From positions 1,143,570-1,207,569 of the forward strand of contig MNCI01003186.1 of the NCBI GenBank assembly GCA_015680685.1: a DNA stretch of 64,000 nucleotides, written 5' to 3'. The notes beneath the pieces were generated by a model, which was not told the origin of the DNA, searched no databases, and was given only the letters and a program-made list of their open reading frames with translations. Shown here one piece after another: positions 1 to 12,764 of the stretch (the stretch's first letter is position 1; the number at the start of each line of letters is the position of its first letter). The DNA is from Gnetum montanum. Lineage: Eukaryota > Plantae > Gnetophyta. Position numbers and translations under genes: made by a program.

Positions 1-334
1 TCTTCGTACCAAAAAGCCTTTGTTGCTTCACTCAAGGAAAAAATGGAACATGAATTGTATTTGGAAAATGTCCATTTTTGAAAGAACTCCTCAAGGGCCC
101 TTTTAGCCATATGATATTCTTCTTCAGAAATTTGCAGGCACACCCTACAGGAAAGGAGAATCAGCAAATAGGTAATAAATGCCATTTTCTAATGTGTGTG
201 TATATAGTACACCAAATAAATAAATTTGTTAGAAAATTCCTAAGAAAATAGCATACCTAGCCTTAAAAACAGAATATGGGATAAGAGGAGTAAAGCCAAA
301 TAATTCCTTCAGGTGCCTGAAAATATCTGATGTC
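1..334 (-). pseudogene. APEM9: APEM9-like (plant PEX26/Pex15-equivalent) gene fragment, two exons (334-257 and 144-1), 5'-truncated by a retroelement
   Basis: There is a GT-AG intron at 256-145. The spliced frame reads RTSDIFRHLKELFGFTPLIPYSVFKAR|VCLQISEEEYHMAKRALEEFFQKW, resembling the APEM9 block GRTxEIxxxLKxLFGSxxxIPxxVLxTGACFQISE...LEEFLxKW as I recall it. The upstream intron is cut at about 403 and fused to gag DNA. The junction codon is AG|G (Arg) where the other copy has GG|G (Gly). Confidence 0.75.
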
Positions 335-338
335 CTAC

Positions 339-403
339 AAAGTAAGCAAAAAATACCAAGTCAGTAACAACTGCATAGAAAAGTAAGCAAAAAATACCAA
401 GTC
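339..403. repeat. 24-bp direct duplication at the APEM9/retroelement junction
   Basis: AAAGTAAGCAAAAAATACCAAGTC occurs at 339-362 and 380-403. The second copy directly abuts gag-derived sequence. Confidence 0.85.
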
Positions 404-884
404 GAGAAGCTAGTCCTTGTGTGTATGCAGATGAAGGAGGAAGCATGGTTCCCTCCAGGAAAGGTTGGAATAATGGGTTTGTAGAGGTGCGAGTATTGAT
501 GGTATGGTATGAATCCCCATGCTCTGATTGGATGGCAAAGTCATCTTCCTCATTTCCATTCGGAGGCTCTATCGGAGGTGGCTGTAAGGCTTGACTCCTT
601 GCCAGGAGAAGCTGAAACATGAGTTGATGATGGTGTTTGGAAAGGGGGATTATGTCAAATGCTGAGGGAATGAACTCATGACCTCCCTTGTAGATGAGCT
701 CATAGCTTCGCTTTGCCTCTCTTTCTATGAGATCGATAGGTAACTTGGCTTGGATTGTTACACAAATTAAGTTATATTGTTTAGGTGTGAGGATTGCGTA
801 AGTAGGGTTGATGTAAGAAGATTCCATGGTAGTGTGCACAAGTTGATGACATGTGCAGCATAAGTAACTCACGATGTGCTTAAC

Positions 885-1057
885 TAGCAGTGTGACTGAC
901 AGACAGCATGATCAACTATGGCAGTGTGACCAACTACAGCGTGACCAACTACAATATGACTGATTGCAGTGTGACCAACTGCAATGTGACTTACTATAGC
1001 ATGAGAAACTGTAGCATGACTGACTGTAGTGCGACCAACTGCAACGTGACCAACTGA
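885..1057. repeat. 15-bp tandem array (GTGACCAACTGCAGC-like, about 11 copies) in the 5' UTR of element A
   Basis: GTGAC/ATGAC recurs at 926, 941, 956, 971 and 986. This produces the SWSRC repeats in ORF 912..1139. Confidence 0.85.
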
Positions 1058-2399
1058 TTCGAGTTTCAGTGTTTGGTAGCGTTAGTTGGGTATGTTTCGA
1101 CAAGATGATAAACAAGGTAGGCCCTTCTTCTAGGGCCAATTTACTGTACTGATCTAAATCGTCGATGTAAGGCTAGAAGGGAAAATAGACACCAAAAGAT
1201 TGTTGGGCAAGCACAGCTGACCCTACCTTCACCTGAGGACAAGCTGGAAAAGAGAACAATGATAGAGTGCCTTGGATGGTTTGCACACAAATCAACCAAG
1301 AACTTCCCCGAGCATAAGCTACGGCTAGCCCTGGGGTTATCGTAAATGGTGTAAACCGAATGTGAATGGAATGGAAACAACGACATGAAATGTAAATAGA
1401 GTGTAGAGTGTAAACAGAGACTAAATTGTAAACAAAGTGTAAATAGAGCTATATTGTAAACAAAGTGTAAATAGAGTAAACAATGTAAATGGTAGGCAAT
1501 AATGAATTGTATTGTACTGTTTAAACAAGAATGTGCACTGGTCAAAGCGTAGCTATGCGTATGGATGGCAGGTCAAGCACTAAGCCCCAAGATGATGTCT
1601 AAAGTGTTCAAATGCTAGGAGTCAAGTGTGTCTGACCATCCTAGGCTGCTGATTGACACATCCCAAGCCACCAACCTTCAAAATTGCCGATCTCATTTAT
1701 GTAAATCGGCAAGGTACTTATAGGGCTATACTAGGCTTAGGTGCAAAATTCTAGAATGGAATCAATGGCTGGGAGATGAGGGGAAATTAGATCTCATAAC
1801 ACATGTTCAATGGACAGCTGTGTATGAGTTGGATGTGTGTATGCAAGCGTTGGATATGTGTCGGGAACCTACGTTCCTAACTAGATACATTGCATTTTAC
1901 AACTTGTGGGTTATTCAAGCCCATGAAAGTATATTTAATTTAGAACATAAGGACATAACATGCCCACAAATGGGGATTTACAATGAAATTTACAACAAGA
2001 GAAATTTGACCCAGCTCGCTTGACCATGGATTGAGTGCTACGGGATGTCAAGATGTCGATTTGAGGTTGTTCAAGGTATCTCTGTTTGACCAAGGCTTCC
2101 AATGTGAGTTGTCTAGGTTTCTATGTCTCTAAGGCATGTGTTTAAAGTGTTTTTATATAAGTGTGACCAGTAGTCATGCTTCAGTCATGCTGGCTATGAC
2201 CCCAGCATGACCTGAGCGTGAGTCATGCTGGGCATGACCTTAGCGTGAGTCATGCTAGGCGTGACCTCAATGTGATCTGAGTGTGAGGTGGGTAAAATGC
2301 AATTTTTGACATCAAATTTTCTAGGTACAATAGTTTTCTACCTCTGTTTTACCCTGCAAGTCAAAATTTGAGCCTGAACGTGTCCTGTTCAGAGCCACT

Positions 2400-2955
2400 T
2401 TTGGCAAGTCATGCTGGAGTCATGTGGCAACATGACTTGCAGTGTGACCTCAAAAACTTATAATTTTAAGCTAAAATCTAGAACTTCTGAACACTGGGAC
2501 CCATAGTTGTCAATAGTGGACCATGAGGATGACTTGCACCCTTGAAATCAAGTTGTTTTGACTCAGTTTTGAGGCTCTAAAAGTTGGTCACACTAGACTC
2601 ATGCGGTAGCATGACCTGCAGTGTGACCTCAAAAACATGTAATTTAGAGCTAAAATCTAGAATTTCTAAAGGTTGGGACCCATACTTGTCAATAGTAGAC
2701 CCTAAGGATGACTTGCACCCTTGAAATCAAGTCATTTTGACTCACTTTTGAGGCTCTAAAAGTTGGTCACGCTGGACTCATGCGGCAACATGACCTGCAG
2801 TGTGACTTCAAAAGCTTGCAATTTTGAGCTAAAATCTAGAATTTCTAAATGCTGAAGCTTGGAGTTGACATCAATGGCCCTTGAGGATGGCTTGCACCTT
2901 CAGATTGGACCATCCTTGACTTGATTTTGAAGCTATCGGAGTTACTCACGCTAAG
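2400..2955. repeat. About 179-bp tandem repeat x3 inside LTR A
   Basis: Units start near 2403, 2583 and 2762, with a partial unit at 2941. They share GCTAAAATCTAGAA and GGATGACTTGCACCCTTGAAATCAAGT. Confidence 0.85.
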
Positions 2956-3102
2956 GGAAAGCTAGCTTGACAGTGTGATCAAGCTAGCTTGAGCAAGCTG
3001 GACTTCAGTTTCATGCCTTAGTCAAATTTTTCCTCCTGAATTCTCGAAAGGGCTTGAGTTATTCTTGTTTCAAAGTGTTAGGCCAAAATTAGTGGTGTTT
3101 CA

Positions 3103-6100
3103 ATAGGCACATAGATCAAAAAAGGTTATTGCGTAGGTTTATACTTACCACCTATGCTAATGGAATTTATGACATAGGAGGCACCATCTATGTTGGATTG
3201 ACTCACCATGTTGATCACCAATTGGCCACGTTCTATCATTCTCTGTAGGTCATCCTACAAAGCACTACAGTTGTTTGTACTATGACTAGCCAATTGGTGG
3301 TAATGACAGTATTGATCTAGCTTGAAGTGTTGTGCAACTGGGGGCTCATTTGGTACTACTAAAGTAGGGTTCCTTAGTAGTTCATAATATCTATCATGTT
3401 TTTTGCAAGTAATTGTCAATACGTGTTTGTGTTGGATTTGCCCGGCTTCCAAGAGTTTCTCCAGTAGTTCAGAGGGTTGCATCGGTAGCGGTGTATATTT
3501 TGAGTTTTCCTTGCACTGAAAGTTGGACCTTGGGGTGGCCCCTACCAATGTAGGTGAGTTGGTGCTAGAATTGATGGTTTTGTCAACTAGGGCTTTGGGA
3601 TGCTTAGCTATTGGGCTTGGTTGGCTGCTTTTGTGCTTGTGGCTACTATTATCACTGTTGTGTTTTGCTTGCAAGCTTGTTGGTTTCTGTAGGCTACATA
3701 GGCTAGATCATTACTAGCTTGTGCTGCTTCCTCTATGCCTCTTATTGGGCAAAGGCTTGGCTAAGAGACTTCGGGGATAAATAATATAGTTTGGACTTGA
3801 TGAAGTCATTCACTACACCTTTGAAGATAGCTAGTAGGTGTGTCTCCGCTAAGGGTTCATGCATTTCACTCAATGTAGCATTCCAACATTAGAGGAATTT
3901 TGGCATGGGATCTAGAGGCGCCTATTTAACTTGCATAAGTTTGTCAAACGTTGCTTTAGGCTTTAGGTTATACCTGAAGAGTGTCACAAACTAGCTTATG
4001 AGATCCTCCAAAGAGGAGATTAAGGCCTTGCGGATTGTGCGATGCCAGTCCAAGGCCTTACCAATGAGTGACATGGGGAACACATGAATGATGGTATGTG
4101 GCCAAGCTTGAAGGAGTAGGAATTCAGATTAAAATGTGACCAAGTGTGCATTTGGATCCCCTTCACCATTATACTTGGTGAATTATGGTAGCTGGACCCT
4201 AGTTGGAAGAGTTAGAGGTGGTACAGTAGGACTTATGAGATCATCTTGATAGAAGTCCACCACCTTAATGGTGGTAGAGGAGGCAGCCTTAAGTTAGTTG
4301 GTCTCCTCTGTGAAGCTTTGTATCAGCTGGAATGCTTGATCCAAGCTTGGGGATGTGCTAGTCTGTTGCATTGGCTGGGCTTGGGTTGGTTGCATAGCAT
4401 AGGGTAGAATTTTTGGTTGTGAAGTCTACCAGATTAATTTCATAGCATATGGGTGTTGTCAGTTTAACATCATAACAGACTATTATTGTTATATTAGCTG
4501 AGTGATGGGTGCGATGATTGGAGTGGGCCACACATGGATGGGTTTGACGGACACCGTAGACACCTATGAGATAGGCTAGATGTAGGATGCCTGAGTTGTT
4601 TGGGGCTGGGAGGTCGTCCCTCCATGAGCATAGTGTTGGAAAAATGCATTAGTTGCTTACGAGAAGGGCTAAATTCGCATGGTCACTATCTTGTAAGGGA
4701 TGGGTGGACCAAACTGAGGAGGGACTATACTAGGAAGTGGTTGTTGGAAGACCGTGTAGGGGTGGCTCTCATGTTTAGAGTAGGCCTCGAACTCATCTTC
4801 CTCCTTCTATGAGGCTTTCTCATAGGTTGTCCTTGAATCATGCTTGTTTGCATAGATGATTTGGGATAACAACCAATGGTAGGGCTCCATGAGTGGGATT
4901 ATGTCAAACAAGGAGGTTTTATACTCCTGTCCATTTTGGTGGACTCGTTCATAGTCCTGTTTTGTCTCTAAATCGAGGTAATCGACTGGTAATCTTGCTT
5001 GGATTTTGGCACAAAAAAATTGTATTGTTCATGGCTTAATGTGGCATGCTTTAGCTAGATTGTGGTATCAAATGTGTTAGACACCAATGTGGAAGGTTAA
5101 TTTGGATTCATATTCACATATAAGGTTGTGAGAGTTGATATTTGTAGAAAATGGCTAACTTTGAAAATAGTAGAAAAATGATGAAGTCTATTAGTAGCAG
5201 GGAAATGGCCAAGTATACAAATATAGAAAATGGCTAGGTGTAACAATGCAAAGTATGAAAATGCAAAAAAGAATACTAAATATGAAAATGCAGAAAAAAA
5301 ATGCTAAGTATGACAATTGCTAAAAATGACCAACTCTGGTGCTACACTAGCTACGCTCTAAGAACTTGTTATGCTCTCTAAAACATCCAAAGTTTTGACT
5401 AAGTGCTAATAAAAAATGTAGAGAAAAATGGTTCATGCCCTCCTTCAAGCACCAAAAATTGTAGCAACCAAAAATGTCAATGGCTGAAAACACCAAAAGG
5501 TCTTCAAGTGCATAGCCTAACCCCAGATCCGTGCAAGGGTCATGCTATAGAGAACAAATTTAGGGTACCCTGAATGGTCTAGTCGATTAGATAGGGACTT
5601 AACCAATGTACAATAACCCTTTTGCAAACTATGATTTTAAATGGAACACCTTGTGGTAAAATAAAAGGAAACATAATTTGCACAGTAGTGGAAATATGCT
5701 AAAGCGTGTAACATGAAAATGAACACGATTTAATGTTTGACAATGCCAAAAAAATAAATGTTGAAATTAGAAAAAAGGAGAGCTTGAATAGAAAGATACG
5801 TCGCCTCAAAAAATGGGTACAGGTATATAGAGTGTGTAATAGACATAGTAGAAGCACAATCACAGCCTCGGTGCTGTTAGGCTGTGAAATTTGGTGCTCA
5901 TTGTGATAAATTATGCTTACTGGGTTCGTATTCACAGTGTACTACACGATGTTTCACTAGGTTACAATGGGCCTACAATGTAATTATGCCTCTCTATCAG
6001 TGTGGTGTACTCTGGGTCTCATTCATCCATGAAGCTAAGCACCAAGATACCAAAATGCCAAATGCCTTACTGGTAAAGAAAATGGAAGCCTCCCTTCTTC

Positions 6101-8270
6101 CTCCTCTTTCTATTTCAAAATAGGACGTAGAAGAATTTATAGGGCTAGGGTTAGCCCAAAATGTGGATCAGGTGCCACGTGGTAGTGCAATGGGTGGGAC
6201 CATGTTGTCTGCTACATAGTGTAATAGGTGTTACATAACAGGCTACAATGTAGTAGAGCGTAATAGTGCATAACAATGTGTAACAGCGTGTAACGATATC
6301 TAATAAGGTGTTACTCTTTGCTATGCTATATATGACAACAATGTACTATGCTACATAACATAGTAGCATGTAACAACACGTAACAGCATGTAATAGTGTG
6401 TAATAATGTATAACAACATATAACGGCGTGTAACAATGAGTAACAGTATGTAACAGTGTATTACACGTAACAACAGGGTATTACACCATGCTAGAAGATG
6501 TTACGATATGCTATGCTATGTAGCATAGCAGGGTGTAGCGTAACAATGCGTAATAGAGCGTAACAGAGTGTAATGACACATAACAGAGCGTAATAATAAT
6601 GTGCTACGCTACATAACGTAATAGCGTATAACAACACGTAACAGCATGTAATAATGCATAACAGCATATAACAACGTGTAACAATGCGTAACAGTATGTA
6701 AAAGTGTGTTACACATAATAGTAGGGTGTTATGCTATGCAACAAGATGTTACACTACACTACGGTATGCAGTGTAGCAGGGTGCAGCATAACAACGCGTA
6801 ACGACACGTAACAGGATGTTATGCTACAATACGCTATTTATGCCAACAATGTGCTATGCTACACTATGCTACATAACGTAACGACGTGTAACAATGCGTA
6901 ACAGCATATAATAGTGTGTAATAATGTATAATAGCATATAACAGCATGTAACAACACGTAACAGTATGTAATAGTGTGTTACATGTAACAGTAGGGTGTT
7001 ACGCTATGCTACAAGATGTTACGTTACACTACGCTATGCAGCGTAGTAGGGTGCAGCTACAATACGCTATGTATGGTAATAATGTGGTATGCTACGCTAT
7101 GCTACATAATGTAACAACGTGTAACAACACGTAACAGTATATAACAGCATGTAATAATGCATAACAACATGTAACAACGCGTAACAGTATGTAACAGTGT
7201 GTTACACGTAACAACAGGGTGTTACGCTATGCTACAAGATGTTACGCTACACTACGATATGTAGCGTAGTAGGGTGTAGTGTAACAATGTGTAACAGAGT
7301 GTAATGACATGTACCAGGGTGTTACGTTACGCTACTTTATGTATTGAAACAATGTGCTATGCTACACTACGCTACATAACGTAGCAGCGTGTAACAATGC
7401 GTAACAGCATGTAACAACGTGTAATAATGCATAACAGCATATAACAGCGTGTAACAGTGTCTTACACATAATTGCAGGGTGTTACACTATGCTACAAGAT
7501 GTTACACTACGTTACATTATGTAGTGTAGTAGGATGCAGCGTAACAACGTGTAACAGAGTGTAACAGGGTGTTACGCTACGCTACGTTATGTATGGTAAC
7601 AATGTGCTACGCTACACTATATTACATGACGTAGCAGCGTGTAACAACATGTAACAGCATGTAATAGCGTGTAATAATGCATAACAGCATATAACAATGC
7701 ATAAAACATGTAACAGTGTGTTACACATAATAGCAAGGTGTTACGCTATGCTACAAGATGTTACGCTATGCTATGCTATGCAGTGTAGCAGGGTGCAGTG
7801 TAACAATGTGTAACAGCATAGCGTAATAAGGTGTTATGCTACGCTACACTATGCAGTGTAGCAGGGAACTATGCTACGTATCGTAGCAGCAAGTAACAAC
7901 ATGTAACAACATAGCGTAACAGAGTGTTATGCTAAGCTATGCTATGCAGCATAGCAGGGTGGTATACTATGCTACGTAACAATTTGTAATAGTGCGTAGC
8001 AACATGTAATAGCATAGTATAACAAGGTGTTATACTACATTACGCTATGCTACGTAGCGGGGTTCTACACTACGTAGCATTGTAGCGTGTAACGGTGCAT
8101 AAAATCACAACGTAACAGGGTGTTATGCTACACTACCCTACACTACCTAACGTAGCAGCGTGTAACAGTGCGCAACAACGCATAACAGCTCAACGTAATA
8201 GGGTGTAATGCTATGGTACGCTATGTAGCGCAATAGTGCGTTATGCTATGTAGCATAGTAGGGTGTTGAA
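3103..8270 (-). mobile_element. Tat/Ogre-like element B (degenerate gag 3103-5060, PBS 5437-5454, 5' LTR 5460 to about 8270), interrupted by element A
   Basis: Sequence from 3103 matches the internal region of element C near 18040. ORF 3255..3674 contains the gag knuckle CHYHQLASHSTNNC. The PBS reads TGGTGCTTGAAGGAGGGC. The LTR starts TGTAGCAACC; its right end (GGGTGTTGAA, about 8270) is approximate. Confidence 0.75.
6215..8270. repeat. About 2-kb satellite-like array inside LTR B (10-11-bp GTAACAGCGT/TACGCTAC subunits, about 250-bp higher-order unit)
   Basis: The landmark AATGTGCTA(T/C)GCTAC recurs at about 6340, 6598, 6847, 7080, 7350 and 7600. Confidence 0.9.
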
Positions 8271-8438
8271 AGTGCCATCGTTCTAAAACTGAACCATATT
8301 TGTATTCACGATGCTGGAACCAAAATGTTGTGGTGTTTTAGGTAAACCAAGCTTCGCATTCTGTCTCAAATTTGTAGGATTTTAACTCATTTCAGTATTT
8401 TACTAGTTAATATGTTGAAATGGTAAAGTAGAGCTCAC

Positions 8439-8766
8439 CTCGGCCCCAATGGTTGTCCAAATTTCCTTTTCACAGAAATCTACAAATGCAAAGCAATAGT
8501 ACACGATGTAAGCCTAATCCCTAAACCCTAATATTAGTAGCTTGTTGATGAAAAATTTACAATTTTCTTTTGAACAAATCTAATATGTGATTATTTAATA
8601 ATACATGAAGCTAGTGATACCATTGATGTCTCGTTTAGTATCGCAGAGACTACAAGATACATATAAAATTGACTCCATAGAAAGAAGCATGCCACATAAC
8701 TTACAGAACATGAAATCTATCACATTCACCTCTACAAACGACATGTTTTCAATAATGAATGTTACG
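8439..8766 (-). pseudogene. Micro-exons of an unidentified gene 5' end, copy 1 (8766-8730 and 8479-8439)
   Basis: Canonical AG/GT sites are conserved with copy 2. The spliced frame reads MSFVE|ISVKRKFGQPLGPR. A telo-box (AAACCCTA) lies in the intron at about 8523. Confidence 0.45.
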
Positions 8767-9149
8767 CTGTGAAATCAAAATAAGAATCAACAATTACTTC
8801 TACGCAATTTCTTTGTTCAAGTTGTACATGAAGGATTGCCCAATATCTTGGTCGCTATTGTCAATACTATGTAGAACCTGGAGTTTTTCATGTTTGTGAT
8901 TGTCCATTCTATTTGCAATTCTAGCTAGTTACCAAATAGGACACCATGATAAAAAAAAAGAACTTGAATGGTAAGGGGTGTTGAACTTAAAATAATTTCA
9001 TTTATGAATTCTAATTTGACAAGGAAAGGTTCAATGGTTTTTGGGATGTTTTTTAAGTAAAATATTCTTATTGGGTAAGAAATAATTAGATTGCACCTAC
9101 AATACCAAAATATATAGCTAGTAAGATAAGAATATAATAATGCTTAAAA

Positions 9150-9537
9150 TGTAGAGGTTATTGGAACTCAAACTAATTGAAACATAGGTATACCCTAAAA
9201 TATATAATCCACATAAATAGAATTTTATAACTCAATATTGTCCACCAGAATTGAACCCATGATTTAACTTTTCCAAATCAAGAGTTTTACCTAGCAATAC
9301 TTGAAGTTTGGGATAGTTGAACCAAAAATAAATTAAACATAGGTACACCCCAAACTATATAGTTTAATAACAATACTTGAAGTGTTGGGTGTTGGAACCA
9401 AAAATAAGTGAAACATAGATACACCACAAAATAAAAAGTTCAATATAAACTTTATATAACTCAACATGATCCACTAGATTCAAATCTATAACCTAGAAAT
9501 TTCAAATCAAGTGCCTTACCACTAGGCTAACACCTAT
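9150..9537 (-). mobile_element. Cluster of tRNA-derived SINE copies
   Basis: The minus strand reads GGTGTTAGCCTAGTGGTAAGGCAC (A-box) ... GATTTGAATCT. A second head carries GGTTCAATTC (B-box). The copies share a tail, GGGTGTACCTATGTTT...TTGGTTC(C)AAC. Confidence 0.6.
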
Positions 9538-10292
9538 TATCAATCTCTTATATAGCAAGATAATAAGTGAGTGGTTTGGATAGTCAAATGTATATAATAG
9601 TCAATAGCTCAACAATGCTAGTTTTATTGTGGTTAAAGAATTACTATCTATGGGGAATAATTTTGTAAATCTATCAAGGTATATGTAATTTGTTGGGTAA
9701 GGAATGTAACTTCCATTGTACTAGTTATAGATTTCTTATAGGTTATCATCTATGTTTACAACCTTTGCATCTAAATGAAATTCAAAATGAGGCCTATTTC
9801 ACTAACTATGGCTATAGGAAATGCCTTGGTGGTTCAGAAAGGATACAAATAAAAATTATCAAAACCAAAATAAGTTGACTATCTAAATTTTCTCTAACAT
9901 ATCTGATGCTTTTTAAATGAAGGTGGAGCAAGAGTAAGGAGGGAAGAAATATCACAACCCAAAAGAAATAAAGCCTAAGATATATAACCAACATAAGGTT
10001 TTAGAAGAATTATATAAGGATATAAGGATGCCATAACTATAACTTGAACTGGAAACCTTCTACTTTATAAGATAATGAGTTAAACACTTTGGTGTTGAAC
10101 CCTAAGATATATATATATAATAAAAAGTTAGAAGAAAAAAGCAAAGGAGTACTACAAAGAGAAAAAACACCAACTATACAAAAGAAAATTCCTAACATTT
10201 TGGGGATATCTTTTCAAGTTTTCATCATTACCACCAATCCTGAAAAACCTCCCTTTTGAGGTACGAAATTATACATTCCATGAAAATATTAA

Positions 10293-10730
10293 CACTAGCT
10301 TAGATATATATATATATATATTGGTGGATATGATTTTAAAAAAATGAGGTTAACGAAGCTCGACTGCTGGACAAGGTAACAAGATAACTAAAAATGGAAT
10401 CACTCACCCCTCCTCTATTTCTCTACCACTTACCTAATTTAGTTTTACCCTCTCGGTCAAGTTTGCTCTTTCTTTGTTTATTCATGGAATTTTTTAGAAA
10501 TGAATCTCTTGCACAAATAATGCTAAAAAATGCATGAACAAACAAATAAAGAGAAAACTTGACTTAGAGGATAAAACTAAATTGAGTAAGTGGTAGAGAA
10601 ATAGAGTAGGGGTAAGTGAGTCCATTTTTAGTTATCTTGTTACCTCGTCCAGTAGTTGGGCTTCGTTAATATCATTTTTTTTAAATCATCTCGACCAATT
10701 TATATATATATATATATATCTAAGCTAGTG
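10293..10730. mobile_element. 438-bp foldback / MITE-like inverted repeat with (TA)n inside both arms
   Basis: The arms are about 205 bp: CACTAGCTTAG(AT)n...GGTAACAAGATAACTAAAAATGGA versus TCCATTTTTAGTTATCTTGTTACC...(TA)nTCTAAGCTAGTG. A short loop lies near 10500-10520. Confidence 0.85.
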
Positions 10731-11801
10731 AAGTGGTTTTGTGGGCTATGAGTAGAATTTAATTATTTTTTTATTTTTTAAGTTATCATCACTATTTGCA
10801 TTCCAAATAATATATACTGGTAAACATAAATTGGTTAAAATAAAAGTTTATGTATTTTGTATATGTTGATGAAGGAATAAATTGCACAATTATTGCAACA
10901 AACATTACAAAGCTATATAATAGGATTGAACAAAACAAAATTAATATGTCTAATCCTTCAATTGAGTAAAATAAACTTCCTATGAAATTCTATTTTGGAG
11001 ATGTTTAGCATCTGAAATCTTTCTGTATCTTTGCACATAGAAAGGAGGATAAATCTTTAAAGAATCAATGGTCTTGACTCCAGATAATGCAACAAACATT
11101 AGACCCGTAAGTTCTCTTATGTAGCACTTTTGCAGGCTATGAGTAGAATTTAATTTTTATTTATTTTTTAAGTTATCATCACTATTTGCATTCCAAATAA
11201 TATGTATTGGTAAACATAAATTGGTTAAAATAAAAGTTTATATATTTTTTATATGTTGATGAAGGAATACATTGTACAATTATTGCAACAAACATTACAA
11301 GGCTTCATAATAGGATTGAGCAAAAGGAAAATACAATGATAAGTGTGAACTTAATATGCCTAATCCCCCAATAGAGCAAAATGAACTTTCTGTGCAATTC
11401 TACTTATATATGTTTAGCATCTAAAATTTTTCTGTATCTTTGCGCATGGAAAGGAGGATGAATCATTAAAGAATCAATGGTCTTGACTCTAGATAATGCA
11501 AAAAACATTAGACCTGTAAGTTCTCTTGTGTAGCGGTTTCACGGGCTATGAGTAGAATTTAATTATTTTTTTTATTTTTTAAGTTATCATCACTATTTGC
11601 ATTCTAAGTAATATATATTGGTAAACATAAATTGGTTAAAATAAAATCTTATATATTTCATATATGTTGATGAAGGAATACATTGCACAATTATTGCAAA
11701 AAACATTACGGAGCTGTATAATAGGATTGAGCAAAAGGCAAAATACAATGATAAGTGTGAACTTAATATGCCTAATCCTTCAACTAAGCAAAACGAACTT
11801 C

Positions 11802-12269
11802 CTATGCAATTCTACTTTGGAGATGTTTAGCATCTAAAATCTTTCTATATCTTTGCACATCAATAGGAGGATGAATCTTTAAAGAATTAATGGTCTGGAC
11901 TCCAGATAATGCAACAAACATTAGACCCATAATTTCTCTTGAACCAATGTGAATAGTAGCCTTATCTATTGTCATTCCTTGGGATTTATGAATAGTCATG
12001 GCCCATGAAAATCTTAATGGTGACTAACGAGATGTTCCTCGTACCACAAGTACAATTGCTACATGATGGGGATTACCATTATCAAAGGAAAATTTGATGT
12101 AAGAGTCAAAATCAACAATAACATATAATGGTAATGTAGGTGGCTATTTACCTTAAGGATACATAATACTATGAATCATGCCAAGTGCACCATTCACCAA
12201 TCCTACTTCAAGCCAAAGGTTAATTGTAAGAATTACACTTGCACCTTCACATATAAGCAAAGATTGCAT
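11802..12269 (-). pseudogene. PIF1-family helicase C-terminal fragment, longest copy
   Basis: The frame reads MQSLLICEGASVILTINLWLEVGLVNGALGMIHSIMYP*GK*PPTLPLYVIVDFDSY...SPLRFSWAMTIHKSQGMTIDKATIHIGSREIMGLMFVALSGV. Confidence 0.85.
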
Positions 12270-12764
12270 TACTTGTTGCAGTAGATAGTTGTTGCATTAC
12301 TTGTTGCAGTAGATGGTTGTTGTTGCTAATGTTGAAGAGAGTGTTCTTCACCTTCTCTATTGGGACTAATAGTAGTAGGATCCATTTTTCTAAAACTACA
12401 TGAATTCCAATATTTCACCTCTTAATCTTGTAACATAATCCCTAGGTTCAATATCCTTAACTATTGCATCACACTGTAACCGTCATCACCTTAACCATTG
12501 CCATGATTATAATCATCACTGTAACCATAATCGTCACTATTTATAATAATAATAAATATTCATTATTACTGTAATCGTAACCATCACCATTTATAATAAT
12601 AATAAATATTAAATATTACCCACTGTTTATAATAATAAATATTCATTATTATCCACATTGTGCCCTACACGTGAGGGAAACGAACATTACAGAGTTGTAT
12701 AATATGATTGAGCAAAAGGAAAAATACAATGATAAGTGTGAACTCAATATGTCTAATCCTCCAA

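Larger units (their letters stand above)
404..3102 (-). mobile_element. Truncated Tat/Ogre-like Ty3/gypsy element A (5' LTR 1145-3102, PBS 1121-1138, start of gag)
   Basis: The LTR runs TG(1145)...TTTCA(3102) and is homologous to the LTRs at 13496 and 21057. The minus-strand PBS TGGCCCTAGAAGAAGGGC approximates the tRNA-Asn complement TGGCGCTAGAAGGAGGG. ORF 309..872 (IQAKLPIDLIEREAKR) matches ORF 19613..20110. Confidence 0.85.
8349..10298 (+). repeat. Segmental duplication, copy 1 left part (direct repeat of 53021-54898)
   Basis: Colinear near-identity from CAAGCTTCGCATTC to ATTAACA(C/T)TAG. ORF 9690..9878 is nearly identical to ORF 54292..54489. Confidence 0.95.

Noticed and set aside
912-1139. 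Cys/Ser/Trp-rich repeat protein ORF
   Set aside because: It is a translation of the 15-bp array in a retroelement UTR.
9460-9537. tRNA gene
   Set aside because: A/B boxes are present, but there is no convincing cloverleaf, and the head is linked to a repeated non-tRNA tail. It is treated as a SINE.
9690-9878. Conserved small ORF repeated at 54292..54489
   Set aside because: The similarity is explained by the segmental duplication, and there is no recognisable protein motif.
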